Origin: a virus
Virus record (IMG/VR): IMGVR_UViG_3300044628_000090
DNA: 64,000 nucleotides
Strand: one strand, 5' to 3'
Position numbers and translations under genes: made by a program. Shown here in pieces: positions 1 to 9,796 of the stretch. The notes below the pieces were generated by a model. The model saw only the letters and a list, made by a program, of their open reading frames with translations. It was not told the origin of the DNA and did no database searches. Positions within the stretch are counted from its first letter, which is position 1; every line of letters begins with the position of its first letter.

Positions 1-9
1 ACCCTTGCT

Positions 10-342
10 GTGAAGATGATGATTTCTGAGAAGATGATTGAGACAGTGATAAACCACCAGTTTCAATCTGCCAACGAGGCGATGGACACAAATAACAGTA
101 TAGAAATCTCTGGGTTTGGGAAGTTTTATTTCAACGAGAAGAAAGCCAAGAAACGTCTAGAAGACTTGACTAGGAAGAAAAACCTAATGCTTGAGTTCCT
201 AGCCAGTGCTGAAACCTCAGAACAAAAGAAACGTTCCTCTCAGGTGACACTAGAAAAAACAGAAGCTCTGATCAACTTACTAAAAAGTAAAATTACATAT
301 GAAGATCAACTTCTCTCAGATTTACGAGGGCTGGAAGAATAA
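10..342 (+). CDS. small DNA-binding protein, HU/IHF-like N-terminal fold (possibly 5' truncated by window start)
   Basis: The N-terminal ~50 aa follow the bacterial HU pattern (helix-turn then ISGFGKFYF, cf. HU 'V.L.GFGTF.V'). The C-terminal half diverges into a charged coiled segment. The ORF is open to the window start. Confidence 0.3.
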   Translation: MKMMISEKMIETVINHQFQSANEAMDTNNSIEISGFGKFYFNEKKAKKRLEDLTRKKNLMLEFLASAETSEQKKRSSQVTLEKTEALINLLKSKITYEDQLLSDLRGLEE

Positions 343-361
343 TCTGTTTCCAGCTAATGAC

Positions 362-646
362 ATGAAGGAACGCATCAGGGAAATTAGCCAACAACGTATG
401 GCTATTTGTGATACCTGTGAATGGTGTTCTGAGAACAGACCTAAGAAACCTCGAAGGTTTGATAAGCATTGTACACATTGTGGGTGCGTTCTATCAGCAA
501 AAACTAGGTGTTTATCTTGTGCTTGCCCTATAGAAAAGTGGGGAGCAGAGATGGAATCAAGGGAGGAAGAAGAACAATTAATACAAACAGTATATGGAAA
601 ACAAGGAAGTGAAGATTCAGAAGATTCCACTGGACGCTCTGATTGA
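362..646 (+). CDS. Cys-rich zinc-ribbon protein (ORF track start 299; internal Met at 362 avoids overlap with the upstream ORF)
   Basis: Contains CDTCEWC...HCTHCGC...CLSCAC, i.e. multiple CxxC pairs typical of Zn-ribbon/zinc-finger proteins, followed by an acidic C-terminal tail. Confidence 0.4.
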   Translation: MKERIREISQQRMAICDTCEWCSENRPKKPRRFDKHCTHCGCVLSAKTRCLSCACPIEKWGAEMESREEEEQLIQTVYGKQGSEDSEDSTGRSD

Positions 647-851
647 GACGTTAGTTAGCCTTTATAATCAGGGAATAGATTATATTGATATATCTGGAAA
701 ACCAGGTACTGACTTTGATAGTATGGCAATTGTATTCACAAAAGACTATATGACAGAAGAAGGAAAGAAAAACTTCATAGAATATGATGAGTTAGACTTG
801 GAGATTGGTCCAGGTAAACTAACAGATGACGATATAAACCAGTTAATATAA
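594..851 (+). CDS. hypothetical protein
   Basis: An 85-aa ORF co-directional with its neighbours, with codon usage matching the surrounding genes. It overlaps the previous ORF's 3' end. No motif recognised. Confidence 0.35.
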   Translation: MENKEVKIQKIPLDALIETLVSLYNQGIDYIDISGKPGTDFDSMAIVFTKDYMTEEGKKNFIEYDELDLEIGPGKLTDDDINQLI

Positions 852-855
852 TACA

Positions 856-1140
856 ATGAGTAAAAAGACTCACTATACAGAAGTGATATCTATATTACAA
901 GAACTAAATAAAGACTTCCCTACATACAATTTGGGAAGACACTTAGCCACAGCTCTTGCAGACTATGGTGACATTTGGGGTATAACAGATAAAGAACTAG
1001 CATTTGCTCTTAGCAAATATAAGAGTGAAATAGAAATGGATGTGCCTCACACAGATGAATCTGAATTAGAAAAGATAATTAAAGAAGGTATGGACCTTGA
1101 TAACATTCTAAAAGAAGAAGAAGAAGATGGCGACTATTAA
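856..1140 (+). CDS. hypothetical acidic protein
   Basis: A 94-aa ORF with an acidic C-terminus (EEEEDGDY). It is tightly packed with its neighbours. Confidence 0.4.
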   Translation: MSKKTHYTEVISILQELNKDFPTYNLGRHLATALADYGDIWGITDKELAFALSKYKSEIEMDVPHTDESELEKIIKEGMDLDNILKEEEEDGDY

Positions 1141-1459
1141 GAAAACTACATACATAAATACAGAGCTTGAATGGGCTGAAGCACAACTTCTTTCCTGGAA
1201 AGCTTATGTAAATGCTAACCCACTACATGAATTGAAAGATAGGATTGAGTGGAAACCTACAGCTAAAGGAGGAATGTTACCTATGGTCATAGCCTCTATT
1301 GAAGCTCAAGGTAAATTTGTCCAAGAGACAATGAAGAACTACCTAGCATTGGTAGAAGTGGTAGATAAGTTAAGAAACATGGAAGAAGCTAAGGTGGAAG
1401 TGAGAGGAAAAGGTGAGTTATCAGGAGCTGCTGCTGAGTTCTTAGCAAATAGAAAATGA
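1127..1459 (+). CDS. hypothetical protein (small-terminase candidate by position only)
   Basis: A 110-aa ORF directly upstream of the large terminase, translationally coupled by an ATGA overlap at 1456-1459. No sequence motif supports a terminase small subunit. Confidence 0.35.
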   Translation: MATIKKTTYINTELEWAEAQLLSWKAYVNANPLHELKDRIEWKPTAKGGMLPMVIASIEAQGKFVQETMKNYLALVEVVDKLRNMEEAKVEVRGKGELSGAAAEFLANRK

Positions 1460-3498
1460 TAGAACTACAACACATAGATTACAAAGACTGGTTTATAAAT
1501 CAGAAGCGTATTCCTGACAAAGACTCTCAGGAGTGTAAGCCATTCTTTGACTTTCACAGAGAGCTATGTTTGAATGGAGCTATGATGGGGGGTGTTTACA
1601 TCAACCCATTTTTGTATTGGCACTTGAACATCTGGCATACAGAAGTTGACGTAATAGATGAAAGAGGAAGGATTGCACAGAAATATGCCAATCCTTTTTT
1701 AAGAGATAATGAATGGCTTGTGACAAATGAAATTGACAGAGCTCAAAAAGAAAAGAGGGGCTTAGTCATTCTAGGTATTAGACGTTTTGCCAAGTCAGTT
1801 TTAGAAGCATCCTATATTGCATGGGGTGCGACCTTTGATGAAAACAGTCAGAATATCATAGCAGGCTTAAATGCCCCAGATATTAAACTGATTACTGATA
1901 AGATTGACAAAGGATTGAATTTCATTCCTGAGTATTGGAGATGGCAGAGAATTGAGGATAACTGGAAGAACCAAGTGACTCTAGGTATAAAGACCAAGTC
2001 TGGTGAACGTATCCCATTCTCTTCCATTCTAATACGTAACCTTGATGAAGGTAATAATGAAGAGGCCATTGCAGGTACAAAACCACGTAAATTAATTATA
2101 GATGAAATTGGTAAAGGGAATTTCCTTAGAGGCTTACAAGCTGCTATTCCAGGTTTCACTACACCCTATGGCTGGGGATGTAGCCCCATACTTACTGGGA
2201 CTGGTGGGGACATGAAGAAATTTATGGATGCAAAGAGCTTAATGTTTGACGTAGACAACTTTAATTTCCTTACATATAATAATAGTAAAGATGACAAACG
2301 TATACATGGATTGTTCATCTCCCATAAATATAGAATGGAGGCAAAAGATGATTCTACACTAGGAGCATACTTAAATGAACCATCCACATCAGACTTACAC
2401 AATGTAAAAATGCTTGTAAGTGATGAAGAAAAAGCTACAAAGATTACCAATGACAACTTAGAAAGACTTAAGAAAGCTGGTGATCGTATAGCCTATTTAA
2501 AAGAAAAGATGTATTATCCTCAGGAAGTGGATGACATTTTCTTGAATGAGGATACTAATATATTTGATATTGACAGTGCTAAGAGACAGAAGTTTAGATT
2601 ATTAAATCAAGAAAGAACAGGAACTCCTGTTGTATTGTTTCATGATGGAGAGAAGATAGCCCATGAGTTTACAGACAGAATGCCTATATCTAACTTTCCT
2701 CTAAAAAACTCAGATCTAAAAGAAGCACCTATTGTTATATATGAATTTCCTGTAGATAATCCTCCTTATGGATTATATGTAGCAGGGGTCGATCCTTACA
2801 GACAAGGTAAGTCTGCATATAGCTCCTCATTGGGAGCTGTCTATGTTTACAAACGTATGCATGAAATCTCAGGTGAGAAGTATCAAGATATGTTTGTAGC
2901 TTCATATGTAGCAAGACCTGATAAGAAAGAAACTTGGGAAGAACAAGCTAGATTTCTTATAAAGTATTATAACGCTAGAACATTGTGTGAGAATGATGAT
3001 ATATCATTTATTGAATATATGAAGGCTAAAGGAGATGCTCACTATCTAGAGAGACAACCTGATTGGCTTAAAGAAATTGTTCCTAATACCACTGTAAAAA
3101 GAGATTATGGAATTCATCGTTCAAGTCAGAAGATAATTGACTATCTTCACACCTGTTTAAAGAAGTATATGGAAGCTCCCATCTTTGTAGAAAAGAATGA
3201 TGCTGGTGAAGTGATTAGAGAAGTATTGGGTGTGAGTAAGATGTTTGATCCTGTATTGCTTGAAGAGATTATTCAATACAATGATCAAGGTAACTTTGAT
3301 AGAATTGTAGCTGCTGAGCTTGCCATAGCACAAGCATTAAAGATGGACCCAATAATGGGTAAGATAGGTGGCACATCAGATGAGAGAGTGGCTTCTATGT
3401 TTAATAAGAAAAGAGGTAATGTGCTTTTCACTGAAGCTAGGAACAACATGTTTGGACAATCAAGAAATAAATATAAACGAAATAAATTGTTTTCATAA
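1456..3498 (+). CDS. terL: terminase large subunit (ATPase + RNaseH-like nuclease)
   Basis: Deviant Walker A 'LGIRRFAKS' and Walker B 'KLIIDEIG' in the N-terminal half. The C-terminal half has the terminase nuclease motif 'LYVAGVDPYRQGKSAYSS..VYVYK' (cf. T4 gp17-type 'GvDp..g'). The 680-aa size is appropriate. Confidence 0.8.
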   Translation: MIELQHIDYKDWFINQKRIPDKDSQECKPFFDFHRELCLNGAMMGGVYINPFLYWHLNIWHTEVDVIDERGRIAQKYANPFLRDNEWLVTNEIDRAQKEKRGLVILGIRRFAKSVLEASYIAWGATFDENSQNIIAGLNAPDIKLITDKIDKGLNFIPEYWRWQRIEDNWKNQVTLGIKTKSGERIPFSSILIRNLDEGNNEEAIAGTKPRKLIIDEIGKGNFLRGLQAAIPGFTTPYGWGCSPILTGTGGDMKKFMDAKSLMFDVDNFNFLTYNNSKDDKRIHGLFISHKYRMEAKDDSTLGAYLNEPSTSDLHNVKMLVSDEEKATKITNDNLERLKKAGDRIAYLKEKMYYPQEVDDIFLNEDTNIFDIDSAKRQKFRLLNQERTGTPVVLFHDGEKIAHEFTDRMPISNFPLKNSDLKEAPIVIYEFPVDNPPYGLYVAGVDPYRQGKSAYSSSLGAVYVYKRMHEISGEKYQDMFVASYVARPDKKETWEEQARFLIKYYNARTLCENDDISFIEYMKAKGDAHYLERQPDWLKEIVPNTTVKRDYGIHRSSQKIIDYLHTCLKKYMEAPIFVEKNDAGEVIREVLGVSKMFDPVLLEEIIQYNDQGNFDRIVAAELAIAQALKMDPIMGKIGGTSDERVASMFNKKRGNVLFTEARNNMFGQSRNKYKRNKLFS

Positions 3499-6080
3499 TG
3501 GCAATTATAAGATACACAAAAGACGCAACAATTAGGTATGCCTATCTTAACATTTTTCCTGATCAATTTAAAACTGAGAAGGAGAAACAAGATGAGAGCT
3601 GGATTAAAAACTCAATGGATTACTTTGCTAACAAAGCTTATGCTGAGTATGTAAAGAACAGAGATACATTTGTTAAAAACTATGACCTTGTAAAAGGTAT
3701 ATTAAGAAGAGAAGATTTCTATCAAGAACCAGAAGTAAGAAGTTTTACAGATGTGCTCACAGCAGATCTAGCTCTTCCTGCCTATGTAAAACATTATTCT
3801 ATAATGACCACTCCTATTAATGAGTTAGTAGGAGAGATTTCTAAACGACCTGATGCATTTCGTGTCAAAGCATTTGATGATGATAGTAAAGCTGAAGAGC
3901 TTGAGTTCAAAACTCAATTATTACAAGACTATGTTGTTTCTCAAGCACAGAGAAAGATATTAGAGAAAGCAGCATTTGATGGTGTAGAAATTTCAGATGA
4001 TGAACTACAAGAGAAAACATTAGAACAAGTAAAGGATGAACTTGATAATTATACATCTATAGCAGAGAAGTGGGCAAACCACATATTGACTGCTGAGAAA
4101 GCTGAGTTTGTATTAAAGGAAAAATCAGAAGATGCCTTTAGAGATCTTTTGATTTCTTCTAGAGAGTTCTTCCACATATATGAGGATAACTCAAAGACAG
4201 GGTTTAATATTGAAGTGGCTAATCCTAAGAACACTTGGTTCTTAACCACTCCAGATAGAAAATATATTTCAGATCCTACTGGTAGAAACCAAGGAGCATA
4301 CGCTGCTGGTACTGTGCAAGTTATGGAATTATCTGAGATTATTGAATCAATCCCAGACTTAACCAAAGAAGAGATTGATCACTTGCGTAGTTCATTACAA
4401 GACTATGGATTGATCAATGTACGTGAATCTAACTTGGGTAATCCTAATGCAATCCCTGGTAATGACTCTATTCAATATGATACATATGATCCATTGGTCT
4501 TACAGACTAGAATGATTATTGAGTCTGAGATGAAAGAGAACAATGATGGTCTTCAGGATTTCTTAGGACTTACATCTAATGTAAGCTCTTTTGGTTACAA
4601 ATATGTTGTAGTAAGATGTTATTGGATTTCTAAAAAGAAGATAGGTAAAGTCATCTATTTAGATGATATGGGAAATGAACAATCAATGTTAGTGGATGAA
4701 GATTACAAATCTAAAACTATTCCTACAGAACAGTCATTAGAATGGGGATGGATTAACCAATGGTACCAAGGTACTAAGATTGGTCCAGATATCTACCACA
4801 TTAAACCTTATAACTTATTACCTTACTGTCCAATCATTGGTCAAGTATTTGAAGTGAAGAACACAGAGGCCAAGAGCCTTGTAGATATGATGAAACCATT
4901 CCAAGTTTTATATAACGTATGTATGAACCAGTTATATAAGTTACTTGAGAAGGAAGTGGGTAAGGTACAGTTAATGTCTATCAGACACATTCCTATTCCT
5001 AAAGATGGAGACGCTCAAGATGCTCTTGACATTTGGGAAATGGAAGCTCGTAACAGAGGTGTGGTATTTGTTGATGACAGCCCAGAGAACTTAAAGAGCC
5101 CAAGCTCATTTAACCAATATACTAGCTTAGACCTTACACGTACACAGGAGATCCAAGCAAGATATACTCTAGCACAACAACTTAAGAATGAGTGTTGGGA
5201 ATTAATAGGTATGTCAAGACAAAGACTTGGTGCTATACAAGCTAGTGAATCAGCTACAGCAACCAATGCAGCCATTACACAATCTTATGCTCAGACAGAA
5301 CCTTTGTTTGTAGCTCATGAATATGTATTAGGTCAGCTATATCAATCAATCATTGACGCAGCTTTATATGTTGAGAGCAAGAAGCCACAGTCTACTATAT
5401 CTTATATTACATCTGAGGGAGAATCTGCATTTGTATCTGTAAATGGTACAGACTTACGTTTTAGAGACTTAAAAGTATTCTTGACTAACAGACCTGAAGA
5501 CAGACAAATGTTCAATGAGATTAGAGGATTGTCTCAAGCTGTTATACAAAATGGTGGAAGCTTACATGATGTAATTGAATTATATAGCACCAACTCAATG
5601 AGACAAATGAAGCAGGTGTTTAAAAAATTGAAGGATAGACAAGAAGCTTTACAGAATACTCAGTTACAACAAAAACAACAAGAACTTGAACAACAACAAC
5701 AAATTGCTCAAGCTCAGATTGAAGCAGCTCAAGTACAATCAGAAGAAAAACTAGCTAATGAAAACTACCAAGCTGAACTTGATAGAATAAATAAGAAAGA
5801 GATTGCCCTTATTGCAGCTGAATCTAAGAGTGGTCCTTTATCAGATTTAGACACAAGTGGTACTCCTGATGTTTTAGAGATTGATAAACTAGCTTTGGCT
5901 CAGTCAAAGGCTGAAAGAGATTACCAATCTAAGATGATGGATGTACAAAGTAAGAACCAACTCGCTGCTCAAAAGCTAGAGATAGAAAGAGAAAAACTAA
6001 AGATATCTAGAGAGAACCAAGCCAATGATCTTGCTGTAGCTAAAGAGAATGCTAAGGGTAGAGCTAAGAAAACCAAATAA
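3498..6080 (+). CDS. portal protein (candidate)
   Basis: An 860-aa ORF immediately after terL, joined by a TAATG stop/start overlap. Its size and position fit a portal, and it has a C-terminal Q/E/K-rich coiled coil (QQKQQELEQQQQIAQAQIEAAQ). No direct motif proof. Confidence 0.5.
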   Translation: MAIIRYTKDATIRYAYLNIFPDQFKTEKEKQDESWIKNSMDYFANKAYAEYVKNRDTFVKNYDLVKGILRREDFYQEPEVRSFTDVLTADLALPAYVKHYSIMTTPINELVGEISKRPDAFRVKAFDDDSKAEELEFKTQLLQDYVVSQAQRKILEKAAFDGVEISDDELQEKTLEQVKDELDNYTSIAEKWANHILTAEKAEFVLKEKSEDAFRDLLISSREFFHIYEDNSKTGFNIEVANPKNTWFLTTPDRKYISDPTGRNQGAYAAGTVQVMELSEIIESIPDLTKEEIDHLRSSLQDYGLINVRESNLGNPNAIPGNDSIQYDTYDPLVLQTRMIIESEMKENNDGLQDFLGLTSNVSSFGYKYVVVRCYWISKKKIGKVIYLDDMGNEQSMLVDEDYKSKTIPTEQSLEWGWINQWYQGTKIGPDIYHIKPYNLLPYCPIIGQVFEVKNTEAKSLVDMMKPFQVLYNVCMNQLYKLLEKEVGKVQLMSIRHIPIPKDGDAQDALDIWEMEARNRGVVFVDDSPENLKSPSSFNQYTSLDLTRTQEIQARYTLAQQLKNECWELIGMSRQRLGAIQASESATATNAAITQSYAQTEPLFVAHEYVLGQLYQSIIDAALYVESKKPQSTISYITSEGESAFVSVNGTDLRFRDLKVFLTNRPEDRQMFNEIRGLSQAVIQNGGSLHDVIELYSTNSMRQMKQVFKKLKDRQEALQNTQLQQKQQELEQQQQIAQAQIEAAQVQSEEKLANENYQAELDRINKKEIALIAAESKSGPLSDLDTSGTPDVLEIDKLALAQSKAERDYQSKMMDVQSKNQLAAQKLEIEREKLKISRENQANDLAVAKENAKGRAKKTK

Positions 6081-6082
6081 TT

Positions 6083-6613
6083 ATGTTTGATAAACTGATT
6101 GATGTACTGCTTGAATGGTGGGGTCATATCCTACCATTCATTATTATCAGAGACTATGAACAAGCTGTACTTCTAAGATTTGGGAGATTTAATAAAGTGA
6201 TACTTCCAGGTATACACTTCAAGATCCCTTTCTTTGATGAGGTGATTGACCAGCATGTTGTGGTGACAACACTTAGCTTAGATGCACAGTCTTTATACAC
6301 CTTGGACAAACAAAACATTGTTGTTAAAGGAGTTGTAAAATACAAGATATCAGATGTAAAGATATTCCTACTTGAAGTGTTTGATGCACAAGATGCACTG
6401 TCAGACATGTCTCAAAGTATAATAAAAAACATTATTATGTCAATGACCATGGAGGAATGTACAGATTCTGAATTAGATAACACTTTGACAAAGAAAGTTA
6501 GGGTGGAGGCTAGGAAGTGGGGGGTTGATGTTCAACAAGTTACACTTACAGATCTTGCCCCAATCAGAAGTTATAGACTTATAAATGACAATTTTCTTAA
6601 CAAATTAGATTAG
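6083..6613 (+). CDS. SPFH/band-7 (stomatin/prohibitin/HflK-C) domain protein
   Basis: An N-terminal hydrophobic segment (ILPFIII) is followed by 'YEQAVLLRFGRFNKVILPGIHFKIPFFDEVIDQHVVVTTL', matching the SPFH core pattern (E.avv.rfGk....l.PGlhf.iPfid.v). The ORF is 176 aa. Confidence 0.65.
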   Translation: MFDKLIDVLLEWWGHILPFIIIRDYEQAVLLRFGRFNKVILPGIHFKIPFFDEVIDQHVVVTTLSLDAQSLYTLDKQNIVVKGVVKYKISDVKIFLLEVFDAQDALSDMSQSIIKNIIMSMTMEECTDSELDNTLTKKVRVEARKWGVDVQQVTLTDLAPIRSYRLINDNFLNKLD

Positions 6614-6732
6614 AGTAAAAAATATTAATGCTATATTATATTGAATAATGGTCAATATAAAGGCTCCTCTCTTTGCTATTAACTTAAGTTACTTTACTTT
6701 TACATACAAAACCAATTAAAACTCAACTACAT

Positions 6733-8016
6733 ATGGCTGAAAATCTAGATATGCCCCAAATGGGCAACTTTAGTATTCAAGATACTATGGATATGGGAAT
6801 GGGAAATCAAGAGTTATTAAATGATTTACTATCTCCTGATAGTGCTACATCTAACCCTGATGACATTCAGGATATTAAAGATGAACCTGCTCCTGCATCC
6901 ACAAAGAAAACTACTTCTAAACAACCAGCTACATCAGCTCCTGCTCCAGAAGATGATAAGAAAGACGAAGCTCCTGTGAAGGATATTCAAAGTTTCTTAT
7001 ATGGAGATGAAGATGATGAAGATGCTGAAGAAGATGAAGCTCCTGCAACAGATAAAAAACCAGTTGCAAAAGATGCTGATAATCAAGAAGATAGTGATGA
7101 AGAGAATGATGAGGAAGGAGATAGTGCTCCTGAATCAACGTTTTCATCTTTATCCAAAGACCTTTTCAAACTTGGTGTATTCACCCAGGGAGAAGATGAT
7201 GAAGAAGAACCAATTACAACTGCTGAAGAATTCTTAGAGCGTTTTAATGCTGAGAAGAAAAAAGGAGCAATTGAAGTGGTTGATAACTTCATTGGTCAGT
7301 TTGGAGAAGATTATCAAAAAGCATTTGATGCCATATATGTAAAAGGAGTTAGTCCAAAAGACTACTTTGGTGCATATAACCAAATCCAATCTTTCTCTGA
7401 GATGGATTTAAGCGATGAGAGTAATCAAGTTGCTATTATCAAACAAGCATTGACAGATCAAGGGTTTGAACCTGAAGATGTTACAACAGAGGTTGAAAGA
7501 CTTAAAAATTATGGTGACTTAGAAACTGTTGCTGCTAAACACCACAAAGTCTTGATAAAAAAGGAAGCATCAAAGCTTCAACAATTAGAGCAAGATAAAC
7601 AAGCTCAATTACAACAGCAACAAGCCATCAAGCAACAATACTTACAGAATGTAAACCAAGTTTTACAGGATAAGATTAAAGCTAAAGAATTTGATGGCAT
7701 ACCAATTAACCCTAAATTAGCTGGTGAACTACAAGATTTCCTAGTAACAGACAAGTACAAGACAGCATCTGGAGAAACTCTCACAGACTTTGATCGTACT
7801 ATACTGGAGCTGAAACGTCCTGAGAATCATGCAACAAAAGTAAAGCTTGCATTGATAATGAAGATCTTAGAAAAAGATCCTACATTATCTACAATTCAAA
7901 AGACAGGTATCACCAAAAAATCAAATGAGTTATTTGGTGAGGTTGCCAGACAAGCCCAGAAGAGTTCAGTGAAATCTAAACAGTCAGCTAGACCTACTTC
8001 TTCTTGGTTTCAATAA
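6733..8016 (+). CDS. acidic coiled-coil protein, scaffolding-protein candidate
   Basis: The 427-aa product has a highly acidic N-terminal half (DEDDEDAEEDE...) and a Q-rich coiled coil (QQLEQDKQAQLQQQQAIKQQYLQ). It lies between the portal/SPFH genes and the capsid-candidate gene. Confidence 0.4.
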   Translation: MAENLDMPQMGNFSIQDTMDMGMGNQELLNDLLSPDSATSNPDDIQDIKDEPAPASTKKTTSKQPATSAPAPEDDKKDEAPVKDIQSFLYGDEDDEDAEEDEAPATDKKPVAKDADNQEDSDEENDEEGDSAPESTFSSLSKDLFKLGVFTQGEDDEEEPITTAEEFLERFNAEKKKGAIEVVDNFIGQFGEDYQKAFDAIYVKGVSPKDYFGAYNQIQSFSEMDLSDESNQVAIIKQALTDQGFEPEDVTTEVERLKNYGDLETVAAKHHKVLIKKEASKLQQLEQDKQAQLQQQQAIKQQYLQNVNQVLQDKIKAKEFDGIPINPKLAGELQDFLVTDKYKTASGETLTDFDRTILELKRPENHATKVKLALIMKILEKDPTLSTIQKTGITKKSNELFGEVARQAQKSSVKSKQSARPTSSWFQ

Positions 8017-8051
8017 ACAATTTATATAACAAAAATTAAAAAAGTATAACA

Positions 8052-9605
8052 ATGGCAATTCAAACAATTCCAGGTTTAACTGGATTTACTTATGCTCGTG
8101 TCGCTTCTATGGATAAGCGTGCAGTAGGTAAGTTAACTGATGCAAACCATTTAGAGAGCTTTCACTCTACAGAGCCTGCAGACTATGATAAGAAAATTAT
8201 CAGTTTGTACACTCAGAGTTCTCTTTATAGTAATGACTTCTTAGACATGATTAACAAGTCTACTCCTTACTATATTGACAACAACAGTGATGCTTGGAAA
8301 TGGCAAGTACAAGTTCCTTACAAATTCCCAAAAATCATTGATGTTCCTACAAGCACATTAGAATTAAACAAACCTGGTATTGATGGTCAAGAATTCCAAT
8401 TGATCATTGACACTAATGAGTTCTCTAAGAATGCAATTATTTCTGTAGGTACTCGTCAGTATGGTCCTCGTTTCTATGTAGTAAAAGATCCTGTTCCTTG
8501 GAACGTAGGTTTCTTATACACTTTCACTTTAGTAAGTGACAACCCAACAGTTGATTTCGTAAGTGCTACATTCTTACAAGTGGGTATCGAACTAGAATTA
8601 GTTGATGCTGCAATTGGTGAATTTGATCAAGACTTATTAGGTCTTCCTCGTTTAGGTGAGCAAATCACAATGTTTGAATCTTTAGGTTCTGCATATGGTT
8701 ATGAGCACAAGATCACTGAGTGGGCTGATGATAAGATGATGAGAGATACAAAAGGTAATCCATTGGATATCTTAGTGTATGCTCCTCAAAGACGTAACCA
8801 ATTACCTTTAACTCGTAATGATGTTAAGTGGGAACCATTTATTGAGTTCTGGATGCGTAAGTCTATGTTAGAATTAAAAGTTAAGCGTATGATCTGGGCT
8901 CGTCCTGGAACTGTGAAGACTAATGGTTCTAAGCAAGAATTAAAGCGTACTTCTGCTGGTGTATATCACAGAATGCGTAATAATGGTAACTTAGTACAGT
9001 ACAACAGAGGTGAGTTCACTGCGAACTTAATTCGTTCTGTATTTGGTGACTTATTCTACAGACGTGTGGATGTTAAAGACAGACGTGTTAAAATGTACAC
9101 TAATGAAGCTGGCTTTGACGTATTCCAACAAGCTTTAAAGACAGATGCTTTGAATTCTGGCTTAACTTTCATGGCTGATTCTGGTAACAGATACATGCAA
9201 GGAGAAGGACAACACATCACTTACAACTTTGCATTCGATGCAATGGTAACTCGTGAGACTGGTCGTGTTGAATTAATCCACTTGAAAGAATTAGACCTTC
9301 CTCAAACAAACTTAGAATTTGGACAGAACAAGAAGTCAACTCCAGTATTTATGGTATTTGATGTATCTCCAATGTCTGATGGTTCTATGATCAATAATAT
9401 TCGTGAAGTACGTATGAAGGGTGCACCTTCTATGACTTGGGGTTATATCGATGGTACTCGTCACCACTTAGGTTTTGCTAAGTCTCAAGGTATGAGTTCT
9501 GCGAACAAGTTCCCTGGATATGAGATTTGGATGAAGGATCGTTGTGATGTATTCATTGAAGATTTATCTAGAACAGTATTGATTGAAGAAATTCCTCAAT
9601 TCTAA
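8052..9605 (+). CDS. major capsid protein (candidate)
   Basis: A 517-aa ORF downstream of the scaffold-like gene. Its codon usage differs strongly from its neighbours (Arg mostly CGT, Ser TCT, Gly GGT), as in highly expressed genes. It is followed by a strong GC-rich hairpin. Confidence 0.5.
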   Translation: MAIQTIPGLTGFTYARVASMDKRAVGKLTDANHLESFHSTEPADYDKKIISLYTQSSLYSNDFLDMINKSTPYYIDNNSDAWKWQVQVPYKFPKIIDVPTSTLELNKPGIDGQEFQLIIDTNEFSKNAIISVGTRQYGPRFYVVKDPVPWNVGFLYTFTLVSDNPTVDFVSATFLQVGIELELVDAAIGEFDQDLLGLPRLGEQITMFESLGSAYGYEHKITEWADDKMMRDTKGNPLDILVYAPQRRNQLPLTRNDVKWEPFIEFWMRKSMLELKVKRMIWARPGTVKTNGSKQELKRTSAGVYHRMRNNGNLVQYNRGEFTANLIRSVFGDLFYRRVDVKDRRVKMYTNEAGFDVFQQALKTDALNSGLTFMADSGNRYMQGEGQHITYNFAFDAMVTRETGRVELIHLKELDLPQTNLEFGQNKKSTPVFMVFDVSPMSDGSMINNIREVRMKGAPSMTWGYIDGTRHHLGFAKSQGMSSANKFPGYEIWMKDRCDVFIEDLSRTVLIEEIPQF

Positions 9606-9610
9606 TAATG

Positions 9611-9770
9611 CCCCTCTAAGGATAGTATTCTTAGACTGACACCTCTGGTGTTTCGCATAAAAAAATCAGAAGACGTTCCCCCCACATCCCAGTGGGGGAG
9701 TCTTCTAACACAGATGGACATGTACAGGCTCCATGCCTTACAGTGTTCCCTTCGATGGGAACCATCTGCA
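9611..9770 (+). ncRNA. structured non-coding element (four or more hairpins, including a tRNA-like 3-way junction at 9711-9769)
   Basis: A 190-nt non-coding gap with local GC enrichment in an AT-rich genome. Hairpins: CTAAG/CTTAG (9616-9634); the large hairpin at 9668-9706; and CAGATGG (9711-9717) pairing with CCATCTG (9763-9769) to enclose two hairpins, TGTAcAGGC/tccat/GCCTTACA and GTTCC/cttcgatg/GGAAC, the latter with a T-loop-like TTCGAT sequence. Confidence 0.35.
9668..9706 (+). terminator. strong GC-rich hairpin downstream of capsid gene
   Basis: AGAAGAC-G-TCCCCCCAC/ATCCCA/GTGGGGGA-G-GTCTTCT forms a ~15-bp stem with one bulge and a 6-nt loop. No U-tract follows, so it may be a processing or stability element rather than a canonical intrinsic terminator. 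Confidence 0.55.
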
Positions 9771-9796
9771 AATAAACCAAATAAAAACAACTACAT

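Noticed and set aside
1848-6408. Short minus-strand ORFs (1848-2159, 2166-2456, 3285-3590, 4049-4366, 5015-5275, 6154-6408) inside terL/portal/SPFH genes
   Set aside because: Fully embedded antisense to long + strand ORFs with strong motifs. They are hydrophobic or low-complexity translations with no start context, typical shadow ORFs in AT-rich DNA.
9711-9770. Possible tRNA gene (acceptor-like 7-bp helix, T-loop-like TTCGAT hairpin, 3' discriminator)
   Set aside because: Only ~59 nt between the acceptor strands, with no D-arm and no anticodon arm of normal geometry. The T-stem/loop length is non-canonical (6 or 8 nt loop). Kept as a structured element rather than a tRNA.
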